Origin: a virus
Strand: one strand, 5' to 3'
IMG/VR virus record: IMGVR_UViG_3300046092_000062
Location: 61,866 to 125,865 of that record
DNA: 64,000 nucleotides
Shown: piece after piece, positions 33,751 to 43,982 of the stretch
Layout: every line of letters begins with the position of its first letter
Position numbering within the stretch: position 1 is the first letter of the stretch
Made by a program: the position numbers and the translations under genes
Notes under the pieces: model-generated
Seen by the model: only the letters and a program-made list of their open reading frames with translations
The model's database searches: none
What the model was told of the DNA's origin: nothing

Positions 33751-33917
33751 ATAAGTTTCAACTTTGGTACACACAGTACAGTAGCGAAATCACATGGTTC
33801 ATCATTGGCGTATGTTTGATGTCGTGCATTGCCAATCTCTCGTTGCGTAACTACGGCAACGCAGCACTGGATGCGTTCTTTGTAGTGGTGAACTACATGT
33901 TCTGGAGTCGCCGCTAA
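33747..33917 (+). CDS. small membrane peptide (56 aa)
   Basis: A below-cutoff ORF with an ATGA overlap. Confidence 0.3.
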   Translation: MNKFQLWYTQYSSEITWFIIGVCLMSCIANLSLRNYGNAALDAFFVVVNYMFWSRR

Positions 33918-33918
33918 T

Positions 33919-34215
33919 ATGAGTAACGAAACAGCAAAGTTCTTAAACTCGCGCCGCCGCCACAAGACGGATGTTACCATTGCTAGGCAGTTGCGTATTG
34001 CCAAGCAGAGTTCTACTTATAATCCAAAGTTGGATAAGCAGCCGCACCGTCTGGCTAAACATCGTGCTATGGATTGTGGTAAGCCTGGGTGCTTGATGTG
34101 TGGCAACCCACGCCGCAACGAGTGGCTCAAGAAAGACCGCAGAACTGCACAAGAACGCAGACTAATGCAAGACCTAGACTCTGGTACGCACAGCAGCGAT
34201 ACTGAGCAAGAGTAA
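33919..34215 (+). CDS. small basic protein
   Basis: ORF track entry. A terminator follows. Confidence 0.45.
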   Translation: MSNETAKFLNSRRRHKTDVTIARQLRIAKQSSTYNPKLDKQPHRLAKHRAMDCGKPGCLMCGNPRRNEWLKKDRRTAQERRLMQDLDSGTHSSDTEQE

Positions 34216-34236
34216 AAGCCCCGCAAGGGGCTTTTT
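34215..34236 (+). terminator. rho-independent terminator AGCCCC-GCAA-GGGGCT followed by T5
   Basis: A stem with a GNRA tetraloop and a U tract. Confidence 0.6.
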
Positions 34237-34286
34237 AATGGTTAAACGTACCTCGTAAAAATTATTTGTTCCTGTTACAATGCACT

Positions 34287-35477
34287 ATGAAAAAATACGA
34301 TACAGTTGAAGATTACATTGAAGTTATTTCTGGCTACCGTGACGTTGTTACCGGTAAGCCCAAGAGTTCGTGGATGTTTAGCTTTGATCCGATTATCAAT
34401 CTAGCTAGATATGATGTTAGTGTGCTGACCAGTATGTGCGAAGCTACATACTCAGCCAAGCCTCTAACTGAACGACAAGGCGAACTGGCTTGCAAGATCC
34501 TTCTTAAGTACCAACGGCAACTTGCAGCAAAGGGCGTTGATGTAAGTCCCATTGAGCAGCCGGTGTGGAGAAATAAATTACGTAAGATGGATTACACCAA
34601 GTCCCTTACTATTAGGGATGACACCATTGTTCTGCAATTTCCTTACTCGACAGACTTGATTGAGCGTTTACGGGCTTTCAGGAAAGATAGTCAGGGACGA
34701 TGCGTATTTGACAAAGAAAAGAAGCAATGGCACATTGCCCTGACAGAATATAATCTAAACTACTGCTATGCGTGGGCTGCATCCAATGGCTTTACTGTTG
34801 GCGAAGAAGTCATTGAGTTGAATAACAAGATTGCTCAGGTTGAACAACAGCCATATGCGATTGAGTTGTTTTGCAACGGTACATCTCTAGACATTAGAAA
34901 CTGCCCAGACAGCCTGCGTGAATACATTGAAACTAAACTAGGTGGATTTGCATTTGATAATCTGCTACGTCTAGTAGATGCCTCTAGTGATTTAGGGTAC
35001 ACTATTGATGAAGATCTAAGCCAAGCTGTGATCCAAGAGTGGGGCACAAGATTCCTACGCATTGCAAGCCATCGCGAAGTTAAGATTAACAGTGATGTTG
35101 GCATCGATGAAGATCATTTGTCTAGCGTGTTGGACTATGCAGTAAAGGTTGGACGTTTGCCCGTGGTAATTTATGAGCCCGACTTGAGTATTCGATTGTT
35201 CCAGCGATTAAAGGAATTGTACCCAGACGAACAAATCATTGACGTTGGCAACAGCAAAAGCGTACAAGAACGTATAACACCAGAGACAAAGTTCATATAT
35301 ACAGTTAAGCCCATTAAAGACCTTGAACACATCCCCATGCTTATTAGCACATCGGGAATGATCTTTGGCGGCGACAAACAAACCATGTTACAAAGATCCA
35401 GTAAGGTAGTATATACCGCAGCAGATGTGTATACTAAAGGCAATACTGGAAAGAAAGTTATTAAAATTGCAGGCTAA
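34287..35477 (+). CDS. hypothetical protein (precedes the helicase)
   Basis: ORF 34266..35477 trimmed to the ATG at 34287. Confidence 0.5.
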   Translation: MKKYDTVEDYIEVISGYRDVVTGKPKSSWMFSFDPIINLARYDVSVLTSMCEATYSAKPLTERQGELACKILLKYQRQLAAKGVDVSPIEQPVWRNKLRKMDYTKSLTIRDDTIVLQFPYSTDLIERLRAFRKDSQGRCVFDKEKKQWHIALTEYNLNYCYAWAASNGFTVGEEVIELNNKIAQVEQQPYAIELFCNGTSLDIRNCPDSLREYIETKLGGFAFDNLLRLVDASSDLGYTIDEDLSQAVIQEWGTRFLRIASHREVKINSDVGIDEDHLSSVLDYAVKVGRLPVVIYEPDLSIRLFQRLKELYPDEQIIDVGNSKSVQERITPETKFIYTVKPIKDLEHIPMLISTSGMIFGGDKQTMLQRSSKVVYTAADVYTKGNTGKKVIKIAG

Positions 35478-36993
35478 ATTAATTATCAAAGACGAAGTTA
35501 ACGTAAAGATTGAAGGCGTTGACGTAGGGGTTAGGAAGAAACTTGTAGACAAGTTCAAATACGAAATCCCCGGAGCACGGTATCAGCCTAGCGTTCGCTT
35601 GGGACGATGGGACGGCAAAGTTAGTTACTTTCAATTAGGTGGCAGCAGCTACATTAACCTGTTGCCTGAAATCTTGCCCGTACTAGATGCAGCAGGTTAC
35701 GACATCGAAATTGACGATCGTCGCACATACTCTAATACCATTGTGTTTGACGAGTTTAAAGAAGACACGTTTGCTCACAAGACATGGCCTGTTGGGCATC
35801 CGGCAGCAGGACAGCCTGTTATGTTCCGCGACTATCAAGTTGGTATTATCAACAACTTCTTACAGAACCCGCAGGCATTGCAAGAGATTGCCACAGGCGC
35901 AGGCAAGACAATTATGACTGCGGCGTTGTCGTTGAGTGCCGAGAAGTACGGTAAGAGTGTGGTTATTGTTCCTAACAAGGACTTGGTGCGTCAAACAGAG
36001 CTAGACTACATTAACTTGGGATTAGACGTTGGTGTGTACTTTGGTGATCGCAAGGAAGTTGGACGCACTCATACTATTTGCACATGGCAGAGCTTGAACA
36101 TTCTAATGAAGAACAGTGAAGGCCGCAATGGTGAAGATGAACCGGCTAGCCATCGTTTGTTAAAGGATCCAACAGACTATATCATTGACGATCTCGTTGA
36201 TGGAGTGGCATTAGTTATGGTAGACGAAGTACACATGGCCAAAGCAGATGCGTTAAAGACTTTGTTGACAAGTGTGTTTGCCCATGTGCCTATCCGTTGG
36301 GGACTAACAGGAACAGTGCCTAAAGAAGAATATGCAGCAGTGTCAATCTTCTGTAGCCTTGGTCCGGTAGTTGGTAAGCTAAGTGCAAGTGAATTGCAAG
36401 AAGCCGGACATTTGGCCATGTGCCACGTTAACGTTGTGCAGCTAATTGATCACGTAGAGTATAAAGACTACCAAAGTGAACTAAAGTACTTGACTACTAC
36501 AGCGGCACGTATTGCATACATTGCCAAGCTAGTGGACAAGATTAAAGAGGGCGGTAATACCCTTGTTCTAGTTGACCGCATTGAAACTGGCAAGATGTTG
36601 CAAGTGGAACTGAGTGGATTGTTTAGTTTACTAAGCGACAAGCCAGACGTGATGTTTGTTAACGGATCTACTAAAGCAAAGGATCGGAAAGATGAATATG
36701 ACGATGTTGCAACAGCAACTAACAAGATTATTGTGGCGACTTATGGTGTGGCCGCTGTGGGTATTAATATTCCTAGGATTTTTAATCTGGTTCTTATGGA
36801 GCCCGGAAAGAGCTTTGTGCGGGTTATACAAAGTATTGGGCGAGGCATTAGAAAAGCGGAAGACAAAGACCATGTAGAGATTTGGGATGTGACCAGTACC
36901 TGCAAGTTTTCTAAACGTCACCTAACAGCACGTAAGAAATTCTACAAAGATGCTAACTACCCATTTACAGTAGAGAAGATTGATTGGCAATGA
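35425..36993 (+). CDS. SF2 DEAD/DEAH-box-type DNA helicase (Walker A TGAGKT; motif II DEVH; motif VI QSIGRGIR)
   Basis: The helicase motifs occur in canonical order. Confidence 0.7.
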   Translation: MCILKAILERKLLKLQAKLIIKDEVNVKIEGVDVGVRKKLVDKFKYEIPGARYQPSVRLGRWDGKVSYFQLGGSSYINLLPEILPVLDAAGYDIEIDDRRTYSNTIVFDEFKEDTFAHKTWPVGHPAAGQPVMFRDYQVGIINNFLQNPQALQEIATGAGKTIMTAALSLSAEKYGKSVVIVPNKDLVRQTELDYINLGLDVGVYFGDRKEVGRTHTICTWQSLNILMKNSEGRNGEDEPASHRLLKDPTDYIIDDLVDGVALVMVDEVHMAKADALKTLLTSVFAHVPIRWGLTGTVPKEEYAAVSIFCSLGPVVGKLSASELQEAGHLAMCHVNVVQLIDHVEYKDYQSELKYLTTTAARIAYIAKLVDKIKEGGNTLVLVDRIETGKMLQVELSGLFSLLSDKPDVMFVNGSTKAKDRKDEYDDVATATNKIIVATYGVAAVGINIPRIFNLVLMEPGKSFVRVIQSIGRGIRKAEDKDHVEIWDVTSTCKFSKRHLTARKKFYKDANYPFTVEKIDWQ

Positions 36994-37766
36994 AGGGAGT
37001 GATCCTTTACTTTCCGTGGGGTGCTGCTGGTAATCTTGTTCGTAACATAATTACCATTGACCCGCGCTTTGACTTCTTTGATGACAAGGAGTTTAGAGAT
37101 TCTTACCCTACAGCTACAGACAGGTACAACTGGTTATTGGAATATTATCAACGACTAATGGCTCCTGCTTTGTGGCTACAGCGTGAGTGGAGTATTCGGC
37201 AAAAGCTGCACACCTGCTATTACACTAACAATCGAATACAGTTCTGGAACCCTGACGCATTAGTTGCATACGACTGTCATGGCCAAGAGCATGAAATCGA
37301 CGAGATCCTGTCTAACCAACAACTGCGGTGTTATGACCGACATCGTATTGCTACCGGCGAACGAGATGAACAACTTAGTACATGGCACTTGCAAGACTGC
37401 AACCATGTTTTTCTCTTGCCCAGCAACACTAAGCTGATAGCTGAAATATATAACAGCAAAAATCCATCGCTAAACCAACTAAACGGTAGCCTGCAGGAGA
37501 AACAAACAGCGGCATTGGTTGCCATAAACGCCATGTCTAATCGTCTCAGTAGTCTAGTAGATCCACTAATCACTAACGGCAGCAAGGTAAACATTTACAC
37601 AGCAGACACGCTATACACTGCAAACGGATACGATATTATCAATGACATAGTGACAAATTTACATTTAGAAGTCACGTTACACCAGATTAAGACATTGCAC
37701 TCAATATGGTTGCAAAGTACTAAAGAAGTGTACTATAATTATTTTAACAGAGAGCTTACCACATGA
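36984..37766 (+). CDS. hypothetical protein, YFPWGAAGN motif (paralog family X)
   Basis: ORF track entry. Confidence 0.5.
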   Translation: MAMKGVILYFPWGAAGNLVRNIITIDPRFDFFDDKEFRDSYPTATDRYNWLLEYYQRLMAPALWLQREWSIRQKLHTCYYTNNRIQFWNPDALVAYDCHGQEHEIDEILSNQQLRCYDRHRIATGERDEQLSTWHLQDCNHVFLLPSNTKLIAEIYNSKNPSLNQLNGSLQEKQTAALVAINAMSNRLSSLVDPLITNGSKVNIYTADTLYTANGYDIINDIVTNLHLEVTLHQIKTLHSIWLQSTKEVYYNYFNRELTT

Positions 37767-38266
37767 GAATATTAACGCTGGATAATACAGCATACGACCT
37801 TAACGAAATTCCCGATGAAGTTGAGGACTTGCGATTCGCAGTACTTGATAACAGCGATAACAAGAACCCCGATTACTTTTACATTCCCTTAATCTTTTTG
37901 GAATCATTTAATAGTCCTGCATTAGTGCTAAAAATTGGAGACAGCGTTATTAAGATGCCAGTTGATTGGCAACTGCTAATCGGAGAACCAGATCTAGGCG
38001 ATCTTGAAGTAGTTCCATTAACAAGCATTAACGACAGAGGCTTCAGTGTATTCTGCTTTAATCCACTAAGCAGCTTCAAGCCAGAATTTAAACCAGTTGA
38101 GATTGTAGACATTTATCAAGATGTTAAATGGTACTTTCCTAAACTCAAACCTGGGCAGATGCTAGCAGTGCCGCTTGAGTCGGGAACAGAGAAACCCCTA
38201 TGCGCCTACTTTGTAAAAGACATTAGTCGTCAAAGTGAGGTCGTTGATTACAGTAAGTGTTGGTAA
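37763..38266 (+). CDS. hypothetical protein
   Basis: ORF track entry. Confidence 0.45.
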   Translation: MRILTLDNTAYDLNEIPDEVEDLRFAVLDNSDNKNPDYFYIPLIFLESFNSPALVLKIGDSVIKMPVDWQLLIGEPDLGDLEVVPLTSINDRGFSVFCFNPLSSFKPEFKPVEIVDIYQDVKWYFPKLKPGQMLAVPLESGTEKPLCAYFVKDISRQSEVVDYSKCW

Positions 38267-38267
38267 T

Positions 38268-38417
38268 ATGGGCAATTACACAGAACCACAAATTTTTGAA
38301 ACCATTAATAGACTCGCTAGAATCTATTTGGAGAGCTACCCAGACGACAAGGAAGGACTGGAACGTTTCTTGCGCTGGGCACATCTACAATACGGATACA
38401 AGTATGGGACAGCTTAA
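38268..38417 (+). CDS. small hypothetical protein
   Basis: The ATG inside track ORF 38235..38417 that follows the upstream stop. Confidence 0.35.
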   Translation: MGNYTEPQIFETINRLARIYLESYPDDKEGLERFLRWAHLQYGYKYGTA

Positions 38418-38679
38418 ACCTGGTGCCACTTACATTTACGAAAGCCCGGATGGTGGCCAAACAACCTATGCTAGAGAAGTTGGTACCAATGAGCGTGTGA
38501 TGATTGGGCAAAGTTACTCAGCCAGTAGCAAATGGGATCAAATCCAAGAGGATAAACTATGGGGTAATATTCGTCGCAAGGCAAAGAGTCATCCCGGTTT
38601 ACAAGAAGAGCTAGATCGTGTTATAATGTTCTATAAACTACTTGAAGACAACGACGAAGTTATGTGGCATCCTGTATGA
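38404..38679 (+). CDS. hypothetical protein
   Basis: The ATG inside track ORF 38257..38679. Confidence 0.4.
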   Translation: MGQLKPGATYIYESPDGGQTTYAREVGTNERVMIGQSYSASSKWDQIQEDKLWGNIRRKAKSHPGLQEELDRVIMFYKLLEDNDEVMWHPV

Positions 38680-38873
38680 TAAAATATCAATACCATTATA
38701 TATCCAGCCTTATTAGAGATTCAGATTCCATTGGTTCATGGATAAACACCACCGCTGAGTTAAATGAGCTTGGTGCAGAGGGGTGGGATGTTGTTACTAT
38801 AACACCTGATTCCTCTAATGTGGTTGGATCGTTTTTAAACATAGTACTCCGGAGACCCTATATAGATGAGTGA
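38664..38873 (+). CDS. hypothetical protein
   Basis: ORF track entry. Confidence 0.35.
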   Translation: MASCMIKYQYHYISSLIRDSDSIGSWINTTAELNELGAEGWDVVTITPDSSNVVGSFLNIVLRRPYIDE

Positions 38874-39333
38874 TAAACTAAACATCGCAAATGAGATGGC
38901 ACAGTTTGATAACAAGAACCGTGACTTCTACGATAGCCTAAGCGAAGAAGAAAAGAAAAAGTTTAGCCCATTCCTAATGATTCGTTGGGGTGCTACAGTA
39001 GAAGGCAGCGCAGACATGCAGGCCTATTACTTAATGAGCCTAAACGAAAAGTTAAATAAACAGTTCTTCGACGTAAGCACAAGTGAGCACAAAAAGCTAC
39101 AGTGGTTGTTGGCCACTACAGTTAGTCCAGGATTGGGCAAACAGTATCACAAGTGGTTGGCAGGTAAGAAGAAAGAAAGTAACAACAAAGCAGTTAAGTT
39201 TCTTAGAGGAATTTACCCGCACTTGAAAGAAGATGAAATTGAGCTACTCGGACGACTTAACAGTAAAGACGATCTTAAACGACTGGCTAAAGAGCACGGA
39301 TGGGATGACAAGCGAATCAAAGCAGACCTATAA
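38866..39333 (+). CDS. hypothetical protein
   Basis: ORF track entry. Confidence 0.45.
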   Translation: MSDKLNIANEMAQFDNKNRDFYDSLSEEEKKKFSPFLMIRWGATVEGSADMQAYYLMSLNEKLNKQFFDVSTSEHKKLQWLLATTVSPGLGKQYHKWLAGKKKESNNKAVKFLRGIYPHLKEDEIELLGRLNSKDDLKRLAKEHGWDDKRIKADL

Positions 39334-40006
39334 GTGTCAGTATTGTAGCAAATCATTTGCTAAGGAATCTACTCTAGCAAGTCATGCCTGCGAACAAAAG
39401 CGCAGAGCACAGCAACAAAACGAAACTGGCGTACAGTTGGGCTTTAAAGCATACCTGCGATTTTATCAAACAACACAAGGTGCAGGCAAGATCAAAACAT
39501 ACGAAGACTTTGCTGGTAGTCCATACTACACAGCATTTGTTAAGTTTGGCAGACACCTTGTGGGCATACGTGCAGTTAACCCACTGGTATTCATCGACTG
39601 GTTACTTAAAAACAATAAGAAGTTAGACTACTGGACCAAGGATGCGTTTTACGCAGAGTGGTTAGCAGAGTACATGAAAAAAGAAAACCCGCAAGACGCA
39701 TTAGAGCGGGCACTAAAGGAAATGACAAGTTATGCAGAGGATCATCCAGAACTTAAAAACGGGTATAGAGACTATTTCAGATACGCTAATGGTAATAGGA
39801 TCTGTCATCATATTAGCACCGGTCGTATTAGTCCTTGGGTTGTCTTTAATTGTGAGAGCGGGGTTGCCTTTCTTGATACGTTATCTAATGAACAAGTGGA
39901 AATAATTTTGCCTGCTATTGATCCTGATTACTGGCAGAAGAAGTTTAGAGATTATCCAGAAGACGTAACGTGGGTTAAATCAATTATGGAAGCAGCGGGA
40001 CTATGA
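39305..40006 (+). CDS. hypothetical protein with a C2H2-like zinc finger (CQYCSKSF...HAC)
   Basis: ORF 39233..40006 trimmed to the ATG at 39305. Confidence 0.45.
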   Translation: MTSESKQTYKCQYCSKSFAKESTLASHACEQKRRAQQQNETGVQLGFKAYLRFYQTTQGAGKIKTYEDFAGSPYYTAFVKFGRHLVGIRAVNPLVFIDWLLKNNKKLDYWTKDAFYAEWLAEYMKKENPQDALERALKEMTSYAEDHPELKNGYRDYFRYANGNRICHHISTGRISPWVVFNCESGVAFLDTLSNEQVEIILPAIDPDYWQKKFRDYPEDVTWVKSIMEAAGL

Positions 40007-40593
40007 TTTTCAAAAGTGACGTAGACATTGACTTTGGCGATCGTAATAGAGCGCTGGCATTGCTAAAGCACACGCCAGCAGCCATTATTCGTGACGGTAA
40101 GTTGATCAAGCACAATACGGGCATCTATGTAACTGATGTACCTGAGGATCCATTCATGTGCGTTGCAGGCATTGATCACAAAGCGGCAGAGGATCGCGGC
40201 TATGCCAAGCTGGACTTTCTGAATGTTTCTTTATATACGCAGATAAAGAATGAGCAGCATTTGCAAGAACTGCTAGCCATTGAGCCAGACTGGGCAGCGT
40301 TATATGATCCAGAGTTTTGTGCTAAGTTGATTCACATTGGCGCACATTACGATACACTGATTAAGATGCCAGAAGCGGTGAATACTATTCCACGTATGGC
40401 TATGTTTCTAGCATTGATTCGCCCTGCTAAAAGGCATTTGATTGGGAAAACTTGGAAGGAAGTTGCTGCTACAGTTTGGGACAAACCTGAAGACGACAGC
40501 TACTTCTTTAAGAAAAGCCACGCAGTTGCTTACGCACATCTTGTGGTTGTAAACATGAACCTTCTATCCCAAGCGTCTAACGAGGGTAATTGA
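40003..40593 (+). CDS. hypothetical protein
   Basis: ORF track entry. Confidence 0.45.
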   Translation: MIFKSDVDIDFGDRNRALALLKHTPAAIIRDGKLIKHNTGIYVTDVPEDPFMCVAGIDHKAAEDRGYAKLDFLNVSLYTQIKNEQHLQELLAIEPDWAALYDPEFCAKLIHIGAHYDTLIKMPEAVNTIPRMAMFLALIRPAKRHLIGKTWKEVAATVWDKPEDDSYFFKKSHAVAYAHLVVVNMNLLSQASNEGN

Positions 40594-40935
40594 TCGGCGC
40601 TTTGAGCGTTTGCTAGCCATCTCTTTAAGGCTAGTTTGTGGACCTACTTTGATTTCCACGTCTTTACTGTTCATAGTCTTAACGCATGGCTTGAACACAA
40701 CCCAATCAGCTTTAAGAAACACGTTGATTGGGATTAATCTATTGCTTTCCCACCACCATTGCTCGCCTAGTTCTAGAAACTTGGCCTTTTGTTCCGGCGT
40801 CTTCAAGCTACCAAAGTCGTAGATCGTAGTGATCTGCTCGTCTGCGTTTTGGACAATCCCGATATAATCATTCCCACCGTACACTAGATACGTTATAAAG
40901 GGATATTGTTCTAATAGCTGTTGTATTTGTTCCAC
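40564..40935 (-). CDS. hypothetical protein (minus-strand insert)
   Basis: ORF track entry on the opposite strand, inside a plus-strand gene array. Confidence 0.4.
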   Translation of the reverse strand: MEQIQQLLEQYPFITYLVYGGNDYIGIVQNADEQITTIYDFGSLKTPEQKAKFLELGEQWWWESNRLIPINVFLKADWVVFKPCVKTMNSKDVEIKVGPQTSLKEMASKRSKRRSITLVRRLG

Positions 40936-40970
40936 CGTGTTTCGCTAAATATGTTAAAGATAATCTGAAA

Positions 40971-41465
40971 ATGCAGACTACCAAAATATATTTATATGAT
41001 AACACGGTGACGGTTCAAATAATGGACCCCACCATCTTCACCACAAGGAACAGACCTGTGTACAGTCGCCCTATTAAAGTCTATCAAGGTATAGACAACC
41101 CAATCCAAGTTTTAGTAAAGAACCAGGACCAGAAAGCTGCAAACATTGCAGGCTATGCAGTCCAAGCTGATATCCAAGACCCAACTAACCAAGTGACGGT
41201 TAGCAGCTATGCTGTCACATTCTCTAATGTGTCGTTGGGACAAGGTACATTTACTATTGACAAAAATACTGTTAGCAGCTTAGAGCAACGTTTCTACAAG
41301 TTAACCTTTAAAACAATTAAAACAAGTGACAATTCAGAGACACCTGCGTATGTAGATGACAACTACGGCGCACCACTAGACCTGCAAGTGCTACCTGCAT
41401 ATTATTCAGTAACTGAGCCTAGCCCAACTGTTGATAATAGTGTAATTGATGGCGGAGATATTTAA
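40971..41465 (+). CDS. hypothetical structural protein
   Basis: ORF track entry immediately upstream of the fiber genes. Confidence 0.45.
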   Translation: MQTTKIYLYDNTVTVQIMDPTIFTTRNRPVYSRPIKVYQGIDNPIQVLVKNQDQKAANIAGYAVQADIQDPTNQVTVSSYAVTFSNVSLGQGTFTIDKNTVSSLEQRFYKLTFKTIKTSDNSETPAYVDDNYGAPLDLQVLPAYYSVTEPSPTVDNSVIDGGDI

Positions 41466-42952
41466 TGACTATAGCAAATGTAAATGTAAGACAAATCTTA
41501 CTTAAAAAGGGCAACACTGCTCGAAGCCAAAACTACACCGGTGCAATTGGTGAAATTACCCTAGATACAGATTTAAACAGTATCAGAGTACACAATGGCG
41601 TTACAGCAGGCGGCGTTAATATACTTGCGACTCAAGCGCAAATCAACGCTCTAACATCTAGTATTAGTACTATCACTGGATTAGATGCCAACTTAGTTGC
41701 GAACATTAGCTCGTTGCTAGCCAATGCAGCAAGTCAACAGACCACGATCAATTCTTTACTTGCCAACGCAGCAAGCCAACAAACACAGATTGCTAATATT
41801 ACCACCGGTACTGCAACCTTTGGAAACTTGTTACCAAGTGCTAACGTAACATACAGTTTAGGTAGCCCGACACAGCAGTGGAAAGACTTGTACGTTAGCA
41901 GCAACACTATCTACATTGCTGGTATCCCGTTGCGAGTAGACACCAATGGAAATTTAACCATTAACGGCAACAGTGTAAGCGGTGGTCCGAGTGGAACGGT
42001 ATTGCCGCCGGACGCAAATGGCGTGCTAACTAACCTCAATGGGGGACTGGCGTGGGGCGATCCTAATAGACTTGGCTATAACGACACCTTAATCTATATG
42101 TCGGGGTATGATTCTAATCTTATTTTCCAGCGTGGACAAACACGCTACGGTGAAATTAAAGCAGGTCCGGAATTCTTTGGACTAGAAAACAGCGGCGAAA
42201 TTACCATTAACACCGGCGCCACATGGTCCTTTGCACAGGATGGTACATTAACATTCCCTGACAATCTCACAGTTGTTGACAGCGTTATTGGTCGTCGACT
42301 AGAAGAAGTTAACGGCGAAGCAGTGGATGCAGTAGGATCAAAGTTGACATTTACTGATACTGATGTACAAATGGAGGCATACGCCGATCCAGACGGACTT
42401 AACAACATAGCTCATGCTCGCTTGTTTGCTAATGCTACCTCAGCAATTATGGAAGCATCGATTGAAGACGTCGCTGGCGTAACTTTTGGACGAATAACAG
42501 TAGCTGGTGGTGGCATAGACATGTCACTAAGTGATGGTGTACTCGACAATTCGTGGGACTTTGCTTTAGATGGGACTACATTATTACCCAATGGTGGTCG
42601 AGTAGTTTTTGGTGCGCAAAACGGCGATTCGTACATCCAAGCAGGGCAAGGCTTCCACATCAGTAGCCGCGAAGGCATTAGTCTTGAAGCAGTGGATGCA
42701 ACAGATCCAGAGAATCCAGTTACACAAGGATGGTACTTTAGTCCAGATAGCAGAATAACATTCCCTGATGGTACAAAGCAAGGTACTGCATACGTCCACA
42801 ATAATGTCAACTTAGATGGCGGAGGAGCTAGCACAGTGTACGAAGTAGAAACAGCATACGCAGATGGCGGCTTTGCTAGCATTAGAAGTTTTAGTGAAAC
42901 GTTTGATGGCAACGAAGGCAACAATTACATATTAGATGGTGGTAGAGCATAA
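41465..42952 (+). CDS. tail-fiber-like structural protein (internal SLLANAASQQT(T/Q)I duplication)
   Basis: A Gly/Ser/Thr/Asn-rich beta-structure-like composition, in a run of ATGA-linked fiber genes. Confidence 0.5.
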   Translation: MTIANVNVRQILLKKGNTARSQNYTGAIGEITLDTDLNSIRVHNGVTAGGVNILATQAQINALTSSISTITGLDANLVANISSLLANAASQQTTINSLLANAASQQTQIANITTGTATFGNLLPSANVTYSLGSPTQQWKDLYVSSNTIYIAGIPLRVDTNGNLTINGNSVSGGPSGTVLPPDANGVLTNLNGGLAWGDPNRLGYNDTLIYMSGYDSNLIFQRGQTRYGEIKAGPEFFGLENSGEITINTGATWSFAQDGTLTFPDNLTVVDSVIGRRLEEVNGEAVDAVGSKLTFTDTDVQMEAYADPDGLNNIAHARLFANATSAIMEASIEDVAGVTFGRITVAGGGIDMSLSDGVLDNSWDFALDGTTLLPNGGRVVFGAQNGDSYIQAGQGFHISSREGISLEAVDATDPENPVTQGWYFSPDSRITFPDGTKQGTAYVHNNVNLDGGGASTVYEVETAYADGGFASIRSFSETFDGNEGNNYILDGGRA

Positions 42953-43950
42953 TGGCAAATAGAATACAACTACGCAGAGATACAGCAGCTAACTGGGCTA
43001 GCGTTAACCCTGTATTAGCAGATGGCGAGCCCGGCTTAGAGTGGGACACAAACAAGATCAAATACGGCGATGGCATTACTAGCTGGGACGGATTGAGCTA
43101 TGCTGGCAACGAGGTCACTTACGGTAACGTGCAAGTTGCAGAATACCTTACTCAATTTGATGGTACCATTAACTTTACATCTAGTCCAGCTGGTATCAGT
43201 GGAGCTGGTATTATCAGCACAGAAAGCCTGATTGCGTCGACTGCAACACTAACTTCGATTGAAAATGAAGTATCACAGGTGGGCACACAAATCACCGGAA
43301 TTGAAGCATGGGCCGGCGCTGGCGCAGATAACGGCTTTGTATGGATTGGATCTAATCCCAATTTTGATTCGTTGTTTAACATCGGCGATAGCATTGTTGG
43401 TTGGAGTTTTTACCCAGAGGGATCTCCGGAGGCAGCAGTAACTATTACAGAATACAACCCACCACTTGGTGCTCCTGCCTTGCGCTTTTCTGGAAGTCCT
43501 GGTTCGGCACCGTATGTAGCACAAAGTCCAGATTATTCGTCTGTACAAAATCCAGTGACAGTAACCGTTGACACTAATAACTGGGTGTTTAATGCAGATG
43601 GATCACTAACATTGCCAGCAACGTCTGCTAACGTGAGCATTGATGCTACTACTAACATTGTGTCCTTGGGCACTAACGATACTATCACATTCAGTGGGTT
43701 TAGTGGAGAAATCCTAGTTAACGACTTGTATGATGGTTACATGTACAAATATCTAGTGGGTAGCGGCAGCGTTTGGTTAATGGGCAGTACAAACACCAAT
43801 TGGACTCCGGCAAATACTGCGCCAGGAAACAGCGTAACAGTTGCTGGTTATACGTCAATTGCATTTACTACCGGCGCATACATATTCACTAACTTGGCAG
43901 AAGAACGATCATACAGCTTTTATGCCGTTAAGACCAGAAACGGTGCTTAA
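42952..43950 (+). CDS. tail fiber / receptor-binding protein with a conserved N-terminal anchor (MANRIQLRRDTAANW..NPVLADGEPGLEWDTNKIKYGDG)
   Basis: The N-terminal 50 residues are shared with 43983..45425 and 62422..63993. Confidence 0.6.
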   Translation: MANRIQLRRDTAANWASVNPVLADGEPGLEWDTNKIKYGDGITSWDGLSYAGNEVTYGNVQVAEYLTQFDGTINFTSSPAGISGAGIISTESLIASTATLTSIENEVSQVGTQITGIEAWAGAGADNGFVWIGSNPNFDSLFNIGDSIVGWSFYPEGSPEAAVTITEYNPPLGAPALRFSGSPGSAPYVAQSPDYSSVQNPVTVTVDTNNWVFNADGSLTLPATSANVSIDATTNIVSLGTNDTITFSGFSGEILVNDLYDGYMYKYLVGSGSVWLMGSTNTNWTPANTAPGNSVTVAGYTSIAFTTGAYIFTNLAEERSYSFYAVKTRNGA

Positions 43951-43982
43951 CAATAAATATAACATAACAAGGATTTTAGAAA

